Shown: positions 12,460 to 25,362 of the stretch, one piece after another | Layout of the letters: each line of letters starts with the position of its first letter | Numbering within the stretch: position 1 is the first letter of the stretch | Assembly (NCBI GenBank): GCA_026770705.1 | Contig: JANJGN010000052.1 | Span: 372,001-436,000, forward strand | DNA from: Isurus oxyrinchus | Lineage: Eukaryota | Length of the DNA: 64,000 bases | Direction of reading: 5' to 3' | Notes under the pieces: generated by a model | Told to the model about the DNA's origin: nothing | What the model saw: the letters and a program-made list of their open reading frames with translations, nothing else | Databases searched by the model: none | Program-made: the position numbers and the translations under genes

Positions 12460-13410
12460 GACTTTGCTTGACCAGGAGCCAGTCTCGGTCATCGAGCAGA
12501 GCGGGTGATAAGGGAACGGGACTTGGTGTGAGTAAGGACGTGGTCAGCAGTTTTGGATGGCCTCAAGTTTATGGAGTGTAGAGCATGTGTTGGAACAGTC
12601 GAGTCTGGAGGTAATGAAGGCGTGGATGAGGGTTTCAGCAGCAGATGAGCTGAGACAGGGTGAAGTCGTACGACGTTATGGAGGTGGAAATAGACAGTGT
12701 TAGTGAGGGCGCAGATATGAGGCCGGAAGCTCATCTCAGGATCAAATGGGACAACAAAGCTGTGAACAGATTGGCTTCAATCTCAGAGAGCTGCCAGGGA
12801 GAGGAATGGAGTTGGTAGCGAGGGAACAGAGTTTGGATCGAGGAATGAAGACAATGGCTTCAGTCTTTCCAATATTTAATTGGAGGGAATTTCTGCCCAT
12901 CCAGTACTGGATGTCGGATAAGCAGCCTGATAATTTAGCAGCAGTGGAGGAGTCGAGAGAGGTGGTGGTGAGGTAGAGCTGGGGATCCTCAGTGGACAGG
13001 TGAAAACTAATACTGTTCAGATGATGCTGCAAAGCCATTGCAAGTGATTCTCTGGCTACGATGAGATGGATAAGAATGAAGCCAGGGGAGAGCAGTCCCA
13101 CCCAGCTGGACGACAGTGGAGAGGGGTTGGAGGAGGATGGTGTGGTCGAGCGTGTCAAAGGCTGCAGACAGATCGAGAAGGACGAGGAGGGAAAGTTGAC
13201 CTTTGTCACAGTCACACAGGATGCCATTTGTGACCTTGATAAGAGCTGTTTCAGCACAGTGGCTGGGGTGGGAACCTGATTGGAGGGATTCAAACATGGA
13301 GTTCCGGGAAAGATGGAACCGGATTCGGGAGATGGAAACACGTTCAAGGACTTTGGAGGGGAAAGAGAGGCTGGAGATGGGACGGGGGTTTACACGGACA
13401 GTGTGAGGGG
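12460..13410 (-). mobile_element. L2-like LINE RT fragment
   Basis: RPISSLSFPSKVLER, LVLLDLSAAFDTLDH, LQLNIGKTE. Confidence 0.88.
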
Positions 13411-13661
13411 TGGAAGGTGTAGTGGGGAGGAGACACTTCACTCAGGGGGGAGGTGTCATCACCCCTCAGCTCGGTTTACGTTACAGCTATGATGTGGATT
13501 CAATCACACACAATAAGCTCATGGATCTGGGAGCAGAAATAGACAAATCATTAAAAATAGTGACGCTGGTTAACACGGCCAAAAAACAAGCAAATCAAAC
13601 ACTATTATTTCCCATTGAGTGTTGGATGTGAATTGGTGAGTAATTATAACACAGCACTTAC

Positions 13662-14039
13662 CAGAAACGTGAAGCTGGGTTTCAGGGGAAACGTTATGTC
13701 TCGGACCATTGCCAAATTTTATCGTGAAAAAATAAGATCCTGCATCTTCCCGTCTGATGTTGTTTATAATCAGGGAACAGTCGCCATCTTTCAGGTCTCC
13801 AGACAGCCGGGTCCGATGGTGGAACTGTGATAACTCGCGACTGTGACCCTTGGAGTGAAAGGCTATAGACCATTTAGACCATTTGTTCTGTATGTATCTT
13901 CTCATTTTCCAGATTCCGACCTGTGGTTTCTTTACCAAATCTGATGGATAACTGTAATGACATGGAATCTGTACACACGAACCTTCCTGCGCTGTCACCT
14001 CTCGTGGAGTGTCACCTTTCCACTCTTGTGACAATCCAA
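13662..14039 (-). CDS. Gene A: Siglec-type V-set exon V1, essential Arg replaced by Thr (DAGSYFFTIK)
   Basis: ccag acceptor, gtaagt donor, 378 bp, phase 1/1, open; starts VGLS/QEW, completing the signal peptide. Confidence 0.92.
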
Positions 14040-14289
14040 CTGGGGAGAGAAATATCAATATTTAACTCTGGATGTTTTGTTGATCCACTAGACTCAATAT
14101 CCACCCCCTCCATCACTGGGGCACAGTGGCTGCAGTGTGGAGCATCTACAGGACACACAATGAACTCCACAAGGTATCACACCAGATGGAAGAGAATCCT
14201 GGACACAAAAGCGGAAAAGTTCATTCTACATTGGTTCATGGTCCTCAGGACCCTGTTTGTGCACAAGCCTGCTCTCCAACAGAACTGAA

Positions 14290-15957
14290 GTTGGGGACAA
14301 TGCATTTGGAATTCCACTGTCCGGGGCATTGGGTTAACTTGCTGATTTTGTTTTAAATCTAACATCTATTTTTGGTCTGTTGCCTTAAAGGGACTGTAAC
14401 TGGGAGTCAGGTTAATTAGGAATTTTAGGAGTTATGATAGCAGTCTTGTAGTTATGTATGTGCTTGAAATCCTTTATTTTGATGACAAATATGTTAATTT
14501 ATTGTTTTAAATCTCTGACGGTATTGGTGGAGTTATTGCTTCTGAATTAAGTGCACACATCTCATAATAAATACAAATTGCAAAATCATTATGATAGTGT
14601 GACCAGGTTTCTCTCAGGGACTTGGTCTGCCTGGCACACATCACCTGCCAAGTGATAACACTTTTGTAATATGCCTTTCAGGGACAGCAGCAAGACATCA
14701 CTCGAGAGGAAGTGTGTCATGTGATTTTTAGGAACTGGTGTTCGCTTAAGTAAGTTCTATGTGTATTTGTGTGCGTTAGGCAAAAGGTCTATCTTTAAGT
14801 TCAAGTTTAGTTTGTATTTCTGTATTTGGGTGTTGAGAAAAGGGGGAACCTGAGTTAAAAAGAAGCCAGCATTCCATTGAGGTTTTATGACTGTTGAAGG
14901 GAAGTCAAAACAAATACAAGGTGTAAGAAACTATGCTGTTGCCTAGTAACAGTGATCCAGAGGGAAGGACCCACAGAGACAGAAAAAAACAGAAAAGTAC
15001 TTTCAGTTCTGTTGAAAGGAGTTGCCAGGAGAAGCAGCAAAGGAGCGGGACAGATAGTCAGTCCCAAAGTAAAGAAGAAGCCAAATCTATCGAGTTTGAC
15101 AGGAGAAAGGGCCCAAGAAGACCTTCTAGTCAAATCTGGAAAAGGCCCTGTAAAGTGAAGTTAAGAGTGAGGAGCAGAAGAAGGCTTCAAGCATAAAGGG
15201 AGAAAGCAGCAGGACACAGGCCTAAAGCAAAATAGGCTTGCGAGAAGCCAGAAGATCCTAGGAGACACCACAGGTTGGTGACTCATTACTACGGCCATGT
15301 GAAGCCATGGTGTTCCATTGACACGGCTGAGCATTGGAGAGACAGGGCGTGGAAGGAAGGCTGAATGCACGTGGCGATCCAGGGGACAGGAACATGGGAA
15401 GGAGAGTTTGAAATAGTGAAAGTGGTCCCTTGTGGAAGGTGTCTGAGTGAAAGTGTCATGTTGGAGAAGATTCCAAAGTGAGTTCTTGGAGAGTGGAGAT
15501 TGGAAACCCTCATAAGAAAGAAGCTTTTCAGTGAGACTGGTTGGCTCACAGTGCAACAAGCGTCTGGGGACAGATGAGACATAGAATTTGTTTCAAGTGG
15601 GCTCTGCCACTTGCTTTCAGAATGTGGTGTCCCTGACCACAGGTCGTCTATTGGTTTACATCGACTGTGTACTTAGTGTGAACAAGAGAGTATAAGATAG
15701 TTATCGTAACTTGTGTTCTACTTATGAATCTGTAAAGGTATAGATCTGGGTGAATGAGTAATGTCATATAGTTTGTCTTTCCTAGTTTAATAAATGTTTT
15801 ATTCTTTTGTTAGAAGTTCATCAGATGACTCCTGTGACTCTGTTCAGTAGCCGCACTCCACATTCCTAAATAAAAAATAAAAGTTAGGACCTATCAAGCT
15901 GAGTTCCACCCTGGGATCTGACTTGCCCAGTAGTAACGACAGCTGGGATGGTAACAC
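14290..15957 (+). mobile_element. LTR-like sequences (partial LTR plus probable solo LTR)
   Basis: Ends in ...ataaca (~14660) and ...gtaaca (~15957); AATAAA near end; resembles 59.5-60.4 and 62.6-63.3 kb. Confidence 0.5.
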
Positions 15958-16599
15958 CATCCAGTCCAAGTCTCACTTTGGCCTGTGAGCAGAACACAGC
16001 TCACACAGTTTGGCTGCAGGTGTCTCCCAGCTTTCTATCCTTGTATATCTGTTCTCATGTCCCTATTCCAAATAAATGAACCCACAATGTGTTAACCCAA
16101 TTCCGTATCAGTGGCTGGTGCCTTTATATCATTATAAAAACACAACATGGTGATCGGTGGTGGCCAAACATTCAGGCAGCAAGATTCAGTACAGATATGA
16201 CGTGGTGAACAGCCTTAGATCGAGCTACGTGACATGAGACGATCCTCGATGCTTTGGTCAGACCACAACAGAGACACAGCATCAGAGAGGGTTGAAATCG
16301 CAGTGTACTGACTGCTCAGGAAACCTTTGAAGACACAGTGACGGGAAAGAGCTCAAGTAAAGAGCTGGGGAGCAGACGGATCCCTCGTGGTGGGATTACA
16401 GCACACGGCCTGTAGGTCAGTGAGTGGGACAGTGTGTATCGCCAGGACCAGCAGCAGGTTAGCTCAGTCAGGGAAGGCGAGTGACCAGGGTGTGGGCTGG
16501 ATCGATAGTGAGCGAGGGAGAGTCAAACACACAAAAACCATTATAAAAATCAGCCCAGAGAAGTTAGTGATTATAACGGGCGGCTTCGAGATTGCTGAA

Positions 16600-17950
16600 C
16601 AGCAAATTGAATAAAAAACAAAGACTCCATTACTCCGTGGTGTGTTCCTGCCACAACCCGTCTTCGTGGGCGGAGCTTCGGAAAAGCGCACGAAAGGGGC
16701 TAAAGCGACACTCATCCCAGATCCTGTAGGAGAAGGAAGGTCAAAGGAATATTGTCAGAATGTCCACTAAATTCCCCAGTTTGAACTGGGATGTAGCTGA
16801 CCGACTATCTGAATTCAGAATGTTTAAACAGCGTACAGAGCTCTGGTTTCCTGATTCAGGTGTGACTGAACCAGACGAACAAGCCATAAAAATTCACCTC
16901 GCGATTGGGAATGAAGGTCTACACAGGCTGAACACGTCAGGATTAACAGCAGAAGAGCGAAAGGATCCCCAATAGATATGGACGATATTGGAAGACAGGT
17001 TCAGAATCAGGTTAAACTCCATATTCATCAACTAGAGTTTATGTCATTTCATCAGCCTACACAATCCATAGACCACTTCATCAGCCGATGTAGAGAAAAG
17101 GGTACGCACTGTGATTTCAAACACAGAGTCTGCAGACAGAGTTTTTGAGTTGGTGATCACATCCACTCCCATGGAAGCCTTCCAGAAAGATCTGCTAGAT
17201 AAGACCAAAACCTATAGCATTGAAGAGTTACTCAAGGATGGACATAAATATGAAGTGATCCTCGCAGGTCAACAAGCTTACAGGTCCTCAATACAACATC
17301 AATTGTTGACACACTCACTAGAACATCCAAACCTAGTGAGACTTGTGGAAGGTGTGGCCTTCTGCAGGCACCAAGGAAATGCCCAGCTTTCCACCAAGCC
17401 ATCAAGGCTTGTGGCAGAAAGGGCCATTGACAGCGGCAGGGCACTAGAGCAAAGGCTGATGCAGCTACAAAGAGCCGTGCGCTGATCCAAACAATCCCTG
17501 CACAACGGGGAAACTTCAAGCAATAAGGATGACCATCCGCTATCCCATCAGGAACATATACATGTGGTGACTGACAAACCAGGAATTGGCGATGATGTAC
17601 ACGACGAGACTAGGAGCGGTGATCGATATTCCACCTCTCACACATATCCTGACGTGGCTTGCCAATAAATTGTGGATTGTGGTCTTTATTGATCTCTCTG
17701 GGCACATCAAATAAACTGAAAATGTTCCCATAGGGGTGGGATTTTCTGGCCCCACCCACTTCCAAGATTGTCTGGTCCGGCTGAAAGCCAATGGATTTAT
17801 GTCTGTCCCAGTCTCAGAAACTATCCCATAAACTCAGTTCATGACATAACATTGAAATATGCAGAAAGATTCAACAATATTGGCAGTTTCATGGGAGCTG
17901 CAACATTACACCTGCAGGAGAATGCAAGTCTGTCAGACTCCTTGCATTAA
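16600..17950 (+). mobile_element. Degenerate LTR retrotransposon gag/pol fragment
   Basis: MSTKFPSLNWD...FKQRTELWF gag-like start; CGRCG...CPA...ACGRKGH zinc-knuckle-like segment near 17345-17430. Confidence 0.65.
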
Positions 17951-19323
17951 AATTAATACAATCCAACTTTGCCACGCTATCTTGAGCCTTAAATGGCCAA
18001 TAATTTCTATGCCTTCCAGGTTCATTTGCTCTCTTCTAATTTTGGCTGTGCATCTCTCTCTGTTGAACTTCCTCTCGGGATCCCATCCCCTGCTATATTA
18101 CTTTAAAGCCTTCTCAATTGCATCAAGGGTGTAATGTCAATTGAAACCAGGGACAACATCAAAGAATGACAATCCCACAGATCAATGTGAGCAATTAAAG
18201 AAACCTCCAGACAATTTTGCCACCACAAGATCTCGACATAACAGCAGATTACCTCTACGCTTTAGAGACTCAAATATTCAACAGATCTATACACTTATGT
18301 AATTGTCAAGAAATATGAAAATGATACCAGGAACCTCTTGTTCCCTGTCCTTCTCAAAGATCCATCCCTGCAGCAGGAGCCTGAAGAGTTACTGAAGAGT
18401 GGGTCTTAATTTATCAGATTGTAGAATGATCCGGAATAGAAGGATGCCATTTGGCCCATCGAGCCTGTGCTGGGCCTTTGAAAGATCTGTCCAATTAGTC
18501 CCACTCTAACCTCTGCTCTCTCCTCCACAGCCCTGCAAAATGTCCCCTTCAAGTATTTATCTAGTTCCCCTTCTGAAAGTTCCTGTTGAATCTGCTGCCA
18601 CCAGCCTTTCAAGCAGTGAGTCAATGGTCTCTCTCTGAGCTGCAAAGTGCTAATGTTCTGAGAACTTTAAACACTGCAGCAGATCAGAGACAATCATGAT
18701 AACTCAGAATATTTGACAGTTTTACACACAGACAGCTTTACTTTTCTTCTCTCTTTCAGTTATCTTGCTCCCTTATTGAAGTATCTAGCATGGTGAGAAT
18801 GGACAGTAAGTGTGACACTGAACAGCCTGTCTATTCTAGGAGCTGCTGTGTTGTCTTCATGGGAAATTCTGACTAAAATCAGCAATAGACACAAAATTTC
18901 AGGGCATTGTTATCCGAGTCCCAGCATCAGGATAGACTTCATCCCTCAGTTGGTATCCCTGATTCTCTATTCAGCCGATCGCTCCCCTGTCACTGGATGA
19001 ACTACACTGCCTCCCAGTCCAGCAATGACTCAAATTTCAAATTCTCATCATCGATTTCTTACCCCACCATCCCCCCTCTACACTCCCAATCCCTGTAACC
19101 TCCTCCAACCCTAAAACCCTCTGAGATCTCTGCTCTCCTCCAATTCTGCTGTCAGACAGGGAGTCAGTGTATATCAGTGAGCACAGGGGTGATGGGTGAA
19201 TGGGACTTGGTGTCAGTTTGTACACTGGATCACTGCTGAATCGGTTCCCAATCACACTCAATAAGAATGATCTTTTACAAAGACTATTAGCCATAAACCT
19301 GTCCGAGCTGATGATGTTATTAC

Positions 19324-19363
19324 CTTGGAGAAGTGACAGGAGGAAGTAGGATTTCCCGATCAT
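19324..19363 (-). CDS. Gene A: leader exon coding part (MIGKSYFLLSLLQ); exon acceptor at 19405
   Basis: ATG at 19363, 40 bp, phase-1 donor gtaata, joins V1 in frame; strong tttctctttcag acceptor. Confidence 0.85.
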
Positions 19364-19813
19364 TGTCCACTCCCAGATATTTCATAAGCTTCTGACTCTC
19401 AAACTCTGAAAGAGAAAGGAGTTAATGAGACCTCACCTCTTGTCCGACAGCTCTCAAGAGATCAGAACTGCTTTTGGACAATGTCTTGACAGACTAATTT
19501 GATTCTCTGTGGGATGATAGGTGCTCTGCAGAGAGTTACAAGGCTTTAAGAAAGAAAAACATTGAAGGATTTGCATTTCTATAGCACCTTTCACCACCTC
19601 AAGACGTCCCAAAGCTCATGTCTCTGCACTTCCCTCATCCCTTGAGCTAGAAAGATGTTCTGTACAACAGACTTGAGTCTCACACCCAGATCTCAATAAT
19701 CAGTAGAAATCTTTCAAAGGCATCAATCATTGGAATCTGTCTTCATAAAGTCACAACATCAACAAAGGACGGTGTTGGTGGTGGAAGTGAATTCCAATCA
19801 TTCCGTTACTTAC

Positions 19814-19898
19814 CCAGGACCTGTCCGACTGCTCGTCTGGGGAGGAACTGCCCACATGCTCTGCTTGGGCTGAATGACCTCTTCCTGTGCTGCCCCCT
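19814..19898 (-). other. 85-bp exon-like module, candidate 5' UTR exon of gene A (copy 1 of 4)
   Basis: cag acceptor and gtaagt donor; paralogs at 26555-26639, 27203-27287, 33136-33220. Confidence 0.55.
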
Positions 19899-19940
19899 CT
19901 GTATGTTTAATTAGAAAGGGTTGATGTGTCACTGTGAGAC

Positions 19941-19954
19941 AAAATGAGGAAGTG
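19941..19954 (+). promoter_or_regulatory. PU.1/Spi-type ETS site (aaaatgaggaagtg)
   Basis: Matches A-rich GAGGAAGT consensus; conserved at 26682-26695 and 27330-27343. Confidence 0.5.
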
Positions 19955-20179
19955 GGTAACCAGTGAGAAGATCGAGGATGTTTTGTGCTCTCAGCAAAAC
20001 GTTTACCATGTGATGATCTGTCAGCTCAAATTTGGGCAGCTGTAGTCATGAAGCTTCTCCATTGGCTCCGTGGGTTTAGACTCCTCCCCCTCACCTCGGA
20101 GGCTGAAACTCAGGCGATAAGAGTTCCTAATACAGGTCTCTGGCCTTATGATACATTTCAACGATCCCTGTTATCATTA

Positions 20180-21570
20180 CGGAGGGAGTGCTGCACTGTC
20201 AGCGGGAGTTTACTGTGGGATTGCTGCTCTATCAGAGGGTCAGTACTGAGGGAGTGCTGCACTGTAAGAGGGTCAGTACTGAGGGAGTGCTGCACTGTCG
20301 GAGGGTCAGTACTGAGGGAGTGCTGCACTGTCATAGGGTCAGTAATGAGGGAGTGCTGCACTGTCAGAGGGTCTGTACTGAGTGAGTTCCGCACAGGTGG
20401 AGGGTCAGTATTGAGGGGGTGCCGGACTGTGGGAGGGTTTGTACTGACGTAGAGCGGAGTGCGAGGAGATATCCTTTCATGACAAAGTTTAACTGGAATT
20501 TATTTAAACAGAATTTAAACAGTACTGTGTGTTATTGCAAAAGAAAGGATTTGAGGAACTAACTCTTGTTCCCGTAAGCCTAAAAATAATTTTCACTGAT
20601 TTCTATGATTTAGCATTGAAACCTCCCTCTTTGGGCACCAGTCTTGATTGAAACAACTCGCACAGCACTGTGGGAGGGTGAGTACTGAGGGAATGCTGCA
20701 CTGTGGGAGGGTGAGAACTGAGGGAGTGCTGCACTGTGGGAGTGTGAGTACTGAGGGAGTGTTGCACTGTGAGAGGGTCAGTACTGAGGGAGTGCTGCAC
20801 TGTGGGAGTGTGAGTACTGAGGGAGTGCTGCACTGTGGGAGTGTGAGTACTGAGGGAGTGCTGCACTGTGGGAGAGTGAGTACTGAGGGAGTGCTGCACT
20901 GTCAGAGGGTCAGTAATGTGGGAGTGCTGCACTGTCACAGGATCAGTAATGAGGGAGTGCTGCACTGTCACAGGATCAGTAATGTGGGAGTGCTGAACTG
21001 TCGGCGGGTCTGTACTGAGTGAGTTCCGCACAGTCGGAGGGTCATTATTGAGGGGGTGCTGGACAGTGGGAGGGTTAGTACTGAGGTAGAGTGGAGCGTG
21101 AGGAGATATCCTTTCATGGCAAAGTTTAACTGGAATTTATTTAAACAGAGAGTCTTGTACTGTGTGTTATTGCAAAAGAAAGGATTTGAGGAACTAAGTC
21201 TTGTTCCCGTTAGCCTAAAAATAATTTTCAACGATTTCAATGATTTAGCAATGAAACCTCCCTCTTTGGGCATCAGTCTTGATTGAAACAACTCACACAG
21301 CACTTCAGGAGAGTGAGTACTGAGGGAGGGCTGCACTGTGGGAGAGTGAGTACTGAGGGAGTGCTGCACTGTGGGAGCGTCAGTACTGAGGGAGGGCTGC
21401 ACAGTGGGAGGGTGAGCACTGAGGGAGTGCTGCACTGTGGGATCGTCAGTACTGAGGGAGTGCTGAACTGTTGGAAGGTCAGTAGTGAGGGAGGGATACA
21501 GTGTCAGAAGATCAGTCCTGTGGGAGTGCTGCACTGTCAGAAGGTGTGTACCGAGGTAGTGCTGCACACA
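20180..21570. repeat. Three blocks of 33-bp SINE-like minisatellite (gagggagtgctgcactgtcagagggtcagtact) separated by a duplicated ~220-bp spacer
   Basis: 11-aa periodic spurious ORFs; 20440-20660 resembles 21075-21300. Confidence 0.9.
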
Positions 21571-21794
21571 GCCAGACAATGCCGTGGTTATGATGTGTCC
21601 ACACAGCAGGACTGGGGAGCACCAGGTATAAGGAAAAGTTTCAGCTTGCTGAGGAGAAGAAGGAGAATCTCTCGTTCCAGGTTTCTCTCCGTACATTAAG
21701 AAGCAGGCATGCCGATGTTTCATTGCACTCTGTCTGCTGATGGGAGTCCGCTTGGAAATTGCTGTTTGTGCTGATGGAAAGAATAAACTTTTCA

Positions 21795-22400
21795 TAAATC
21801 GAGGGATTGAGTACAAACACAGGGAGGTTATGCTGAACATTTATAAAGCTCTGGTTAGGTCACAACTAGAGTATTGTGTCCAGTTCTGGTCTCTTCACTT
21901 TGGGAAGGAAGTGAGGGTCCTTGAGAGGGTGGGGAGGAGATTGAGCAGAATGGGTCCAGGGATGAGGGATTTTAGCTACAAGGTTGGGTTGGAGAAGCTG
22001 GGGTTGTTCTCCTTGGAGCAAAGGAGATTGAGGGGGGATCTGATCGAGGTGTACAAGATGATGATGGGTTTAGATACGGTAGACAAAGAGAAGCTGTTGC
22101 CATTAGCTGATGGGACAAGGACTGGGGGACACAGATTGAAGGTTTTGGGCAGAGGGGGATGTGAGGAGGAACTTTTTTAAACAGCGAGTGGTAATGAGCT
22201 GGAACTCACTGCCTACGAGGATGGTGGAAGCGGAGACGATGAACAATTTCAAAAGGAAATTGGATGGACACTTGAGGGGAAATAAACTCACAGGGATACG
22301 GGGATAGAGAGGGGGAATGGGACTGAGTGGATTGCTCTACAGAGAGACAGCATGGACTCAATGGGCTGAATGGGCTCCCACTGTGCTGGAATGCCTCTCT
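21795..22400 (+). mobile_element. CR1 LINE 3' fragment
   Basis: YKALVRSQLEYCVQFWS...LGLFSLEQRRLRGDLIEVYK. Confidence 0.92.
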
Positions 22401-22509
22401 GATACGAAGGTGATTTTAACCAGGACACTGACCAGTTTCATTGCAACTTAACCCAACATCACACATTATTTGTCCGCACTGACTGACCAGATTGTTGCTG
22501 TACAAAGCT

Positions 22510-22649
22510 TCAAACAGTCTGTCGACTTCCTTTCACTGTTTGTCTCTCCCAGACACAGACTCCAGTGATAGTGATAACCACAGCCACAAGGAATATCACA
22601 GCTCGTATTCCCAGGATCAGGATCACGTGCAGAATCTCTCCTCCACTGT
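22510..22649 (-). CDS. Gene B: TM exon with intramembrane Arg and short tail (SGGEILHVILILGIRAVIFLVAVVITITGVCVWERQTVKGSRQTV*)
   Basis: ttctctag acceptor, phase 1, 140 bp to TGA at 22510-22512; hand-translated (ORF track shows another frame). Confidence 0.85.
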
Positions 22650-24312
22650 CTAGAGAACACACAGAAAGAAATCATCACTGACTCTCCACTTTCAATCTCT
22701 CACTCTGGCTGAACAATCAAGCTTCATAACACTGCAACATTTGCTGTAATATTGACCCATCCACTGGGATTCAATGTGGAATGAATGTTTTCATTGTAAA
22801 CACTCCAAGAGTGGACAATCGGAACTTTCCCCTTAGCGTGGAACATTGGTGAGAATGGATCATTGTGCTGTTGGACTCCCTGTCCAATGTTTCTCTCCAT
22901 CGCTGTGTACAGGATTGTGCTGTAGAAAATTCTGGAAATGTTTAGTGCAGGGTGGAAATCCATCTCGGATGCGTGTGCGAATCGGGCAGGATCGAGATGG
23001 ACTCCCCCACGGACTTACACACCCCGCTAAATAAACAGTTCCAATCTTTACCCAGAGAGAGGGGAGAATGTGGAACTCACTCCCACTGGGAATGGTTGAG
23101 GTGAACAGTATCAATGTATTTAAGGGGCAGGAGGGTCGGTAACCAGAGGGACACAGATTGACAAACCGGAGGGGGAGATGAGGAGAATTTGTTTTGACAG
23201 AGCGAGTTGTTGTGATCTGGAAGGTGCTGCCTGAAAGGGCGGTGGAAGCAGATTCAATAGGAACTTTCAAAAGGGGAATTGGATAAACACTTGAAGGAGG
23301 AAGATGGGGGCAAAGTGGAGTGGTGGTTAGTGGATCTGATTGGATAGAACATTGAAAGACCTGGCACAGGCACAATGGGCTGAATGGCCTCCTCCTGTGC
23401 TGTACCATTCTCCGCTTCCATGATCTCTCCCCCAGTCAGTAACCACTCCAGATCCCTCTTGAAGGTGACAGAGAAACAGCAACCACCACACCCACTGACA
23501 GCACATTCCCGAGGATCACTACTCTCTGGGAAAAGATGAACTCCCCAACATCCAGCCTATTCCTGCTTCCCGGAGAGTGTAAACACTTCAGGGAGGTGCT
23601 GAGGAAGTTCTCAATAAAATGAATTATCAAATCTACCATTTGAGAAATAATTGAATTCCGATGAACTCACAGCTTGTGTAGCAAACTGGGAAGTAGATTT
23701 GCTTGAAAAGCTGGGAAACACAAGGATTAAGTGCTACAATGCCACCACTGGTGGGAGGCTGTAACTACAGTGTGACGTTTACATAGGCAGTCATCACTAT
23801 AAACAGGGGCTTTGGACATAATGGGCACGGAAATAGTGAGAACAGGATGTAAGCTTTTCATCAGCAGGAATTCTCTTACTAAACCTCTCCACCTCTCTCT
23901 TACTCTCAGATTCACAAAAAAATCACAGAATCAGATAAAGAGGAGTTGGGACTAGTTATTCGTCAAAGGGTTAGGTTTCAGGTAGCTCCTTAAAGGGAGA
24001 GAGAGAGTTGGAGAAGCAGAGAGTATCTATGAGTGCCTCTATGCATCTGAGTGTTTGTACGAGTAATTTCCATATTCTTCCATAAATATGAATGGGAACA
24101 CAAATCCCAGAATTCAGCCCACGCTCCAGTGCAGTACTGAGGGAGGTCAGATAACCCATGAGGGAGTCTTGTGCTAGTGTGTTTGTTTGTGAGTGTGTCT
24201 TTGTGTGTGGTCATATATGTGTGTCTGCACGTGTCTATTTAGGTCTGTACGTTTGAGGGTGTTTGTGTAGTATTCGAATCTGAGAGAGATGTTGAAGTCT
24301 GTGTACACTCAC

Positions 24313-24465
24313 ATTCCACAGTAATGGTTATGAACCCCTCCACTGCTCCATGTTCATTCTCTGCCACACACTGATAGTCTCCAGTGTCCCTGGATGTAAC
24401 GTGAGGAATCAGCAACCACAGCTCATTGTTGGAACTTCTTCTGTTCATTTGGACATTCAGATGTC
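24313..24465 (-). pseudogene. Gene B: 5'-truncated C2 exon (...MNRRSSNNELWLLIPHVTSRDTGDYQCVAENEHG...ITVE)
   Basis: Only the 3' half is present, donor intact; flanks match those of 36065-36346. Confidence 0.85.
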
Positions 24466-24988
24466 ATGGCAGGAATCAAGAACCCCGTTCGCACGATTAC
24501 CAACAGAAAGTGAACAACAATTTATACTTAATGGAAAGACAGTGCTGATTGGTTGGCAAGTGGTCTCTGATAGGTGGAGGTGTTGCCGTGGAGAATGCTG
24601 TTTGCGATATGAGAAGTTTAGACAGCTTGTCTCTTCATTCAGCAATAATCATATAAAGATCAATTAACTTCTATCGACTGTGAAGCACTTTGAGTGGCCT
24701 GAGAATGTGGATACTGAGAACGGGCTGCACTGTCAGAGGGTCAGCGCTGAGGGAGTGCTGATGTAGAATGAAAGATGTCGGTACAGTTAATGCTTTTCAT
24801 CATTGATATTAAAGTGATTTTTAGAGGTTGCTTTGGGACTGAACTGGAAGCTATCACCAGGTTATTGAGAATCAGACAGTGTGTTATAATAAGCTGTGTT
24901 TTGTGTTATTATGTAAACGTCACAGTTTGTGTTATTTCCCATTGAGTGTTGGATGTGAATTGTTGAGTAATTATAACACAGCACTTAC

Positions 24989-25362
24989 CAGAAACGTGAA
25001 GCTGGGTTACAGGATAGTAGCTGTAACTATTCCTGCTGTCAAACTCTATTCTGAAAAAATAAGGTCCTGCATCTTCCCGTCTGATGTTGTTTATAATCAG
25101 GGAACAGTCACCATCTTTCAGGTCTCCAGACAGCCGGGTACGATGGCGGAATCTTTGATCCCTGTGATTGTGACCCTCGGAGTGAAAGGCTATAGACCAT
25201 TTAGGCTGTGGGTTCCCATCTATTCCTTTCAACCAGATTCTGCACGTGATCTCCCTACGAAATTTGATAAGTAACTGTAATGACATGGAATCTGTACACA
25301 TGAACCTTCCTGTGCTGTCACCTCTCGTGGAGTGTCACCTTTCCACTCTTGTGACAGTCCAA
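24989..25362 (-). pseudogene. Gene B: V-set pseudo-exon (Arg present: DAGPYFFRIE)
   Basis: 374 bp, frameshift near 25240-25270 splitting it over two ORFs; acceptor AG>CG relative to V1. Confidence 0.88.

Noticed and set aside
19406-19436. 31-bp intron upstream of the gene A leader exon
   Set aside because: The donor-like gtgagg is too close to the acceptor for a normal vertebrate intron
21600-21770. Possible terminal exon of gene B after the Arg-TM exon
   Set aside because: A good acceptor exists at 21770, but there is no convincing intact donor at the end of the TM exon and no recognisable motif
10097-25362. Multiple V exons as rearranging Ig/TCR/IgNAR V segments
   Set aside because: Each V includes its G strand and ends at a GT donor with no RSS; the cysteine pattern is Siglec-type
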